A stretch of 64,000 nucleotides of DNA from Planktothrix sp. GU0601_MAG3 (GTDB lineage Bacteria; Cyanobacteriota; Cyanobacteriia; Cyanobacteriales; Microcoleaceae). The notes below the pieces were generated by a model. That model was not told the DNA's origin and did no database searches. It saw nothing but the letters and a program-made list of their open reading frames with translations. Below are positions 59,207-64,000 of this stretch, piece by piece. The stretch is taken from contig CP136572.1 of NCBI GenBank assembly GCA_035193785.1, forward strand, positions 2,164,578-2,228,577, given 5' to 3'. Each line of letters starts with the position of its first letter. Within the stretch, counting starts at the first letter, position 1. Position numbers and translations under genes: made by a program.

Positions 59207-59871
59207 GGAGAAAAAAACCCAAAAACTTCAGCCATCTCGCGGGTTTGGGTAACTTAATATTTTGTGATTATAATGATAATTTCCCTATCCCCCATCACCC
59301 ATCACCAATTCCCCATTCGTAATTCGTAATTCGTAATTCCCCATTCCCCATTCCCGTTTGAGGGTTAATCCCAAAAAGAAAGCCACAGTCACTAAAGAAT
59401 AGTGGCTATGGCTAGATCAGTTATCAGTTATCAGTTATTTTTTATTATAACAGCGATCGCCAAATTTTTCCACCCCCCTCGGATAAATATTCTGGCGGGT
59501 GGTTAACTTGGCACTTTTGGACGGCTTACCCCATATACAACAAAAATGACCAAAAATCAATCCCAAATGTAATGAATCGCCATTTCTTCCCATCTTGAAC
59601 CGAAAATCTATCAACAACCTCACGGACTAAAAAAGGTAACGGAAACCCGGGAGAAAGACCAGGAGAAAATTCCCCACCTTTGAGGGTAAATCCCGAACCG
59701 GAATCTCGCTGAAGCAAAATTAAAAAAACGTTACAGTATAGGTAAAATTGCAGAAAAACTCCCACAATCAAGGAAGTGAGGAAATCCGTAAACCGGAATC
59801 AACAGGGCCTCTGTTGTCTTCCTCAAGAGAATTTTCCAGTTTCTATGTCCTAAAAAAATGAGATGTGATTT

Positions 59872-60808
59872 ATGTTCAAAAAACTTTTAAAACCCTTAGC
59901 TATTTTTAGCTTAGTTACTGTTTTATTTTTTAGTCAAGTCGATGGTGTATTAGCCGCTAGAAGCGGGGGACGCATCGGGGGAGGCTCCTTTAGATCCTCT
60001 CCCAGTCGTAGCTATAGTCCCAGTCCTGGCCGTTCTGGAGGGGGGTACTACGGCGGAGGCGGTTTTGGATTTCCTTTCCTAATCCCCTTCTTTGGCTTTG
60101 GTGGGGGTGGGTTATTTTCCCTGCTAATTTTTATGGCGCTCGCCGGGTTTCATCTTCAACAGTATTCGGTCAGCCATCGGACAAGGACAGGATGAACAGG
60201 GATATGGCAGTAACCCGGCGGTTTCTGTAGCCCGTTTGCAAGTGGGGTTACTGGCCCAAGCTCGAAATTTACAAGGGGATTTAGACCGCATGGCCCAAAC
60301 CGCCGATACGGGTTCGGCCAACGGTCGCGCCCAAGTTTTACAGGAGGCCACCTTAGCCCTGTTACGCCATCCTGAATATTGGGCCTATGGGTCTTCGGAG
60401 TCGGAACAAACGGGCATGAATTCGGCCGAAGCTAAATTCAATCAATGGGCCTTAGCCGAACGCAGTAAGTTTACGGAAGAAACCCTGTCTAATGTTAATA
60501 ATCAGTTAATTGGTGGGGTAGCTCCTTCTTTGCAGGGAAATTCAGGAACTTTAGTCAGTCAGACGGGAGATTTAACCGCCACGGATAACGAATATATTGT
60601 GGTGACATTGGTGGTAGGAACCTTGGGAAAAATTCAACTTCCTAAAGTGAATAGTCCTGAAACATTACGTCAAGCATTAAGTCGTTTAGGTTCCGTTGGT
60701 AGTGAACAATTATTGGCCGTAGAAATTCTCTGGACACCTCAAGCTAGTGGGGATACCCTGAGCACGGACGATATGTTAGCGTACTATCCCAATTTAACTT
60801 TGGTTTAA
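59872..60808 (+). CDS. DUF1517 family protein (FLAP1-like); apparent frameshift at 60147
   Basis: SGGRIGGGSF, LQVGLL, LALLRHPEYW, ERSKF and EILWTPQ...D.L. Confidence 0.85.
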
Positions 60809-60847
60809 GCTTTTGGGTGGCGCAAGCCACCTTTTTAAGTCTTAAAT

Positions 60848-60892
60848 AATTACGAATTACGAATTACGAATTACGAATTACGAATTACGAAT
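60848..60892. repeat. STRR (aattacg)x6
   Basis: Perfect heptamer tandem. Confidence 0.9.
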
Positions 60893-60946
60893 GAGTAATA
60901 TTTCCTGTTCCCTTGCCATCTCTAGCACTAATTTAAGGATTTAATA

Positions 60947-62477
60947 TTAGAATTTACAATTATATAGGTATTCATATTTATTATGCAGATAATGAAGAAA
61001 CGGATCAATTTTCAAAGGAGAAACCCGTGACCTGTTCAATTAATTCCTGGGCTGTGAATTTTCGACCATGTTGATGAATATTTTGTTGCAACCATTCTAA
61101 AAGCCGCTTCACACTTCCCCGTTCAATTTCAAAGGGGATTTCAGGATCAAGACGTATAGCAGTATCATAAATTTGAGCCGCCATTAAATTCCCTAACGTA
61201 TAACTTTGGAACATTCCACCAATTAATCCAATATACCAGTGCACATCCTGTAAAACCCCCTCCAAATCGGTTTTTGGAACAACACCTAAATCATTTCTAT
61301 AGCGTTCATTCCAAGCTTCAGGTAAATCGGAAATGGCTAGTTTTCCCTCCAACATCGCTAACTCTAAATCAAAGCGAATCATAATATGTAAATTGTAAGT
61401 AACTTCATCTGCATCGGTACGAATTAAAGAGGGAGTTACCTGATTAATGGCTTGATAAAATTGACTCGTTGTCACCTGTCCCAACTGCCGCATAAACACC
61501 CCCTGTAATCGAGGATAACAACATTCCCAAAACCCTCGACTGCGACCGATAACATTCTCCCATAAACGAGCTTGACTTTCATGCAAACCCGAGGAAGCCC
61601 CCCCGGCTAAAGGAGTTCCTTCTAACTCCAGTGCAATTCCTTGTTCATAGAGGGCATGACCCGCTTCATGAATGGTACTAAATAGCGCCTGTCCCAGATG
61701 GTGTTCATAAACACGGGTGGTGATCCTCACATCATTAATCGAGAATTTCGTCATAAACGGATGCAGGGTCTTGTCTTGGCGTCCTCGATTTAAGTCATAA
61801 CCCAAAGCCTGAATTACCCCAAGACTAAACTTCAGTTGTTCTTTAGAAGAGAAATTTTGATGTAAACAAGAGTTATCTAACTGAACACAATTGCCGAGGG
61901 TTTCCACGATCGCCACTAATTGTTCACGCAGAGGTTCAAATAGCGATCGCACCTTTGCCACCGTCATCCCCTGATCCTGTTGATCAATTAAAGGATCGGC
62001 AATGTGTTCATACCAGGGAAAACACCCGGCATATTCCTGACTCAATTCTAAAGTGGTTTTTAAATAAGGCTCAACAATAGCAAAACTCTGGGCTTCCCTT
62101 GCCTTGGCCCAGGCATCATAGCAGGCGGATTGATGCTGGGATATCTGTGCCATCAACTTTGAAGGAACCCGCACCGCTCGCTGATAATCTCGGCGGGTAA
62201 CACGGATTAAACTGGCTTCTAGGGAGGAATAGGGAAGATTAGCTTCTTCAGTCCGTAAGTCCTCTAAAAGTTCTCCCAAAACGGGATCAATGAATTTTTC
62301 ATGGGCGAGGCGACGTAACGTAGCCATTTGTCGCCCTCTAGCCCGAGCGCCACCGGGTGGCATATAGGTGGCTTGATCCCAATACAATAGGGAAATCGCC
62401 GATTTAATATCGTTAATTTCCGTGAGGCGATCAAGCAGTTCTGTGAATTGGGGGTTGGGAGAGGAAGAAACGGACAT
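60947..62477 (-). CDS. Carboxypeptidase M32 (Taq-type); apparent frameshift at 61020
   Basis: WD...MP, HPF, DVRITTR, HEAGHALYEQ, HESQ, IRTDADE and QDVHW; C-terminus YL.NKY..LY restored. Confidence 0.92.
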
Positions 62478-62487
62478 GAGGAAACGC

Positions 62488-62682
62488 AGGGGGGCAGGGG
62501 AGTAGGGGCAGGGGAGGCAGGAGGATTAGGGGGCAGGGGGAGTAGGGGGGCAGGGGAGGTAGGGGAGGTAGGGGAGGTAGGGGGTGTGAACTCCTTCTGT
62601 TCCCCATTCGTAATTCGTAATTCGTAATTCGCAATTCCCCATTACCCATTACCCATTACCCATTACCCATTCGTAATTCCCC
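62488..62682. repeat. G-rich 9-mer tract plus STRR heptamer tracts
   Basis: (ggggaggta/gggggcagg)n at 62488-62585; (attcgta)n and (cattacc)n at 62605-62680. Confidence 0.75.
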
Positions 62683-62697
62683 AAACCCCATCTTCAG

Positions 62698-63196
62698 TTA
62701 AACCGTTACGCCTCGGGTACTCAGAACTTCTTGTAATTGAGCTTCTTCATCTTTAGTTAAAGAAGTTCTTAACACGGTTTCCACCATAGGGGGCGATTTC
62801 TTCTAAGACTTTATCGGGGGTGACTTTCCGCACTAATACAAAGAGGGCAGAGGTTTTCGGTTGTAAGGTTTCCCCTAGGGATTTCATAAAGTCATCATCC
62901 ACCCCAATATCACTTAAAGCACCACTAGCGGCTCCAGCGGCGGCTCCCACGGCGGCTCCTAACAGGGGGCTGAGGAATAATGTCCCAATTAATAAACCCC
63001 AAAACCCGCCACTAACTGCACCCGCAGTGGTTAAATCAATGGCTTGATTGAGTTTAACTTTTCCTTCAGCATTCTTGACAATTACGGCAGCGTCTTCTAA
63101 TTCGATTAAATGTTCTTTTTGTAATTTAATCAAAGTCAGACGGACTTCTTCGGCTTTGTATTCGTCATCGTAGGCGATCGCAATTAAGTCACTCAT
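62698..63196 (-). CDS. DUF1269 family membrane protein; apparent frameshift at 62777
   Basis: MSDLIAIAY, LEDAAV, GGFWGLLIG, DIGVDDDF and SALFVLV; GGTVLRTSL restored. Confidence 0.85.
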
Positions 63197-63270
63197 GGTA
63201 AATCAATCATAAAATTTGTCTTTGATAGCTTACCATAAAATTGCTTTTTTGCCCCTAACAAAAAAAGGGA

Positions 63271-63452
63271 GAGGGGGCGGGTTTATTAGACTTAACAGGG
63301 GGATGTGATCAATTGTCTCTAACCCTCCCCTACAATGTGTTTTAAAAGAGCGATCACCATCCCAAACCCCTGATCAATTCAATCGTAATTCTGTAGGGGG
63401 GGGTTCTCAAAAAATGTTCGATTCTGATCGATCATTTTACTAAACCCGCCCA
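63271..63452. repeat. Degenerate GGGGCGGGTTT...AAACCCGCCC REP doublet
   Basis: Outer inverted repeat ggggcgggttta/taaacccgccc; inner CCCCTACA/TGTAGGGG. A related half-element lies at ~9272-9322, just upstream of the intron. Confidence 0.55.
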
Positions 63453-63475
63453 ACTAATCAACAAGATATCGGGGT

Positions 63476-64000
63476 TTAGGCTTGAATTACAAATTGAGTT
63501 GCTGTTAAGACAGGTTTATTGGTTAAGGTTAAGAATTTAGCGCCTGTTCCCAAACCTGCGGCTGTGCCGTTTTGGTTGTAGAATAATCCTCCGGTTGTGC
63601 TGTTATAAACAATAGTGGCATCACTGATAGCAGCGAGAGCATCCGTTGTGACGGTAGCAAACTCACTAGCGACAGAAAATCCAGTTCCCGCAATACTGCT
63701 AATACTGGTAAAGGTGGTTTTATCTAAGACAATTTGATCGGTTTGTGAGATATCAAAGTCTGTGATCGTATCCACACCAACGGCAGAAGTAGCAAAGGCA
63801 GCATTGGTATTATAGATAAACTGATCCGCACCGAGTCCTCCAGTCAGAGGGTCATTAGCCGCACCGCCATTAAGATTATTATTAGCAGTATTCCCGGTAA
63901 TTGTATTAGCTAAATTATTGCCTGTCCCATTAATAGCGGTACTTCCAATTAAGGTCAGGTTTCTCCACGTTAGCGGGTAAGGTATAGGTGACAGAAGATT
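63476..64000 (-). CDS. C-terminus of an RTX/hemolysin-type Ca2+-binding secreted protein (partial)
   Basis: GTGN...NTITGN..NNILNGGAAND.LTGGLGAD.F, DTITDF and YN.TTG.LFYNQNG motifs. Confidence 0.85.
   Translation of the reverse strand, partial: NLLSPIPYPLTWRNLTLIGSTAINGTGNNLANTITGNTANNNLNGGAANDPLTGGLGADQFIYNTNAAFATSAVGVDTITDFDISQTDQIVLDKTTFTSISSIAGTGFSVASEFATVTTDALAAISDATIVYNSTTGGLFYNQNGTAAGLGTGAKFLTLTNKPVLTATQFVIQA

Larger units (their letters stand above)
47..63181. repeat. Dispersed HIP1 palindromes GCGATCGC (about 30 counted by eye)
   Basis: Examples at 47, 751, 3908, 5256, 17101, 35911 and 63174. Confidence 0.9.

Noticed and set aside
59435..59771. Small minus-strand ORFs upstream of DUF1517
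   Set aside because: Non-ATG starts and no recognisable motifs; probably promoter/UTR sequence.
4478..63963. Mass pseudogenisation
   Set aside because: Essential genes (rbcL, tatC) are hit, there are no in-frame stops or decay, and nearly all lesions are the same +1 at one motif.
4478..63963. Programmed ribosomal +1 frameshifting at GAAAC
   Set aside because: The motif occurs in both orientations relative to the mRNA and in varying codon phases, so it is a DNA-level or sequencing effect.

Overview
Chromosomal window from a filamentous cyanobacterium: about 30 HIP1 GCGATCGC sites, rbcLXS, psaK, heptamer STRR tracts and GTAG-REP repeats. It looks Oscillatoriales/Planktothrix-like, which is an inference. 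Contents in order: a PGM1-like ATP-grasp ligase, a GT39, rbcLXS, a Ser/Thr kinase, a 3'-truncated group IIB intron, ctpB, a ~20 kb glycan synthesis/modification cluster (TPR-GT fusions, methyltransferases, GT2/GT4, sulfotransferase with coiled coil), exbBD, mutS, c-di-GMP signalling genes, tRNA-Gln with a 178-bp duplication, a MITE/REP composite, tatC, a CHAT protein, a cruP-like gene, psaK, NDH-2 and housekeeping genes. The strongest hidden signal is in the frameshifts. 31 of the 32 I could reconstruct are a single extra base that turns GAAC into GAAAC or GTTC into GTTTC, on either strand. The split genes are therefore probably intact, and the error pattern may be the footprint of a sequence-specific DNA modification. 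GAAC/GTTC is the classic Dnd phosphorothioate motif, but no dnd genes are in this window. CDS coordinates below are the reconstructed full genes.
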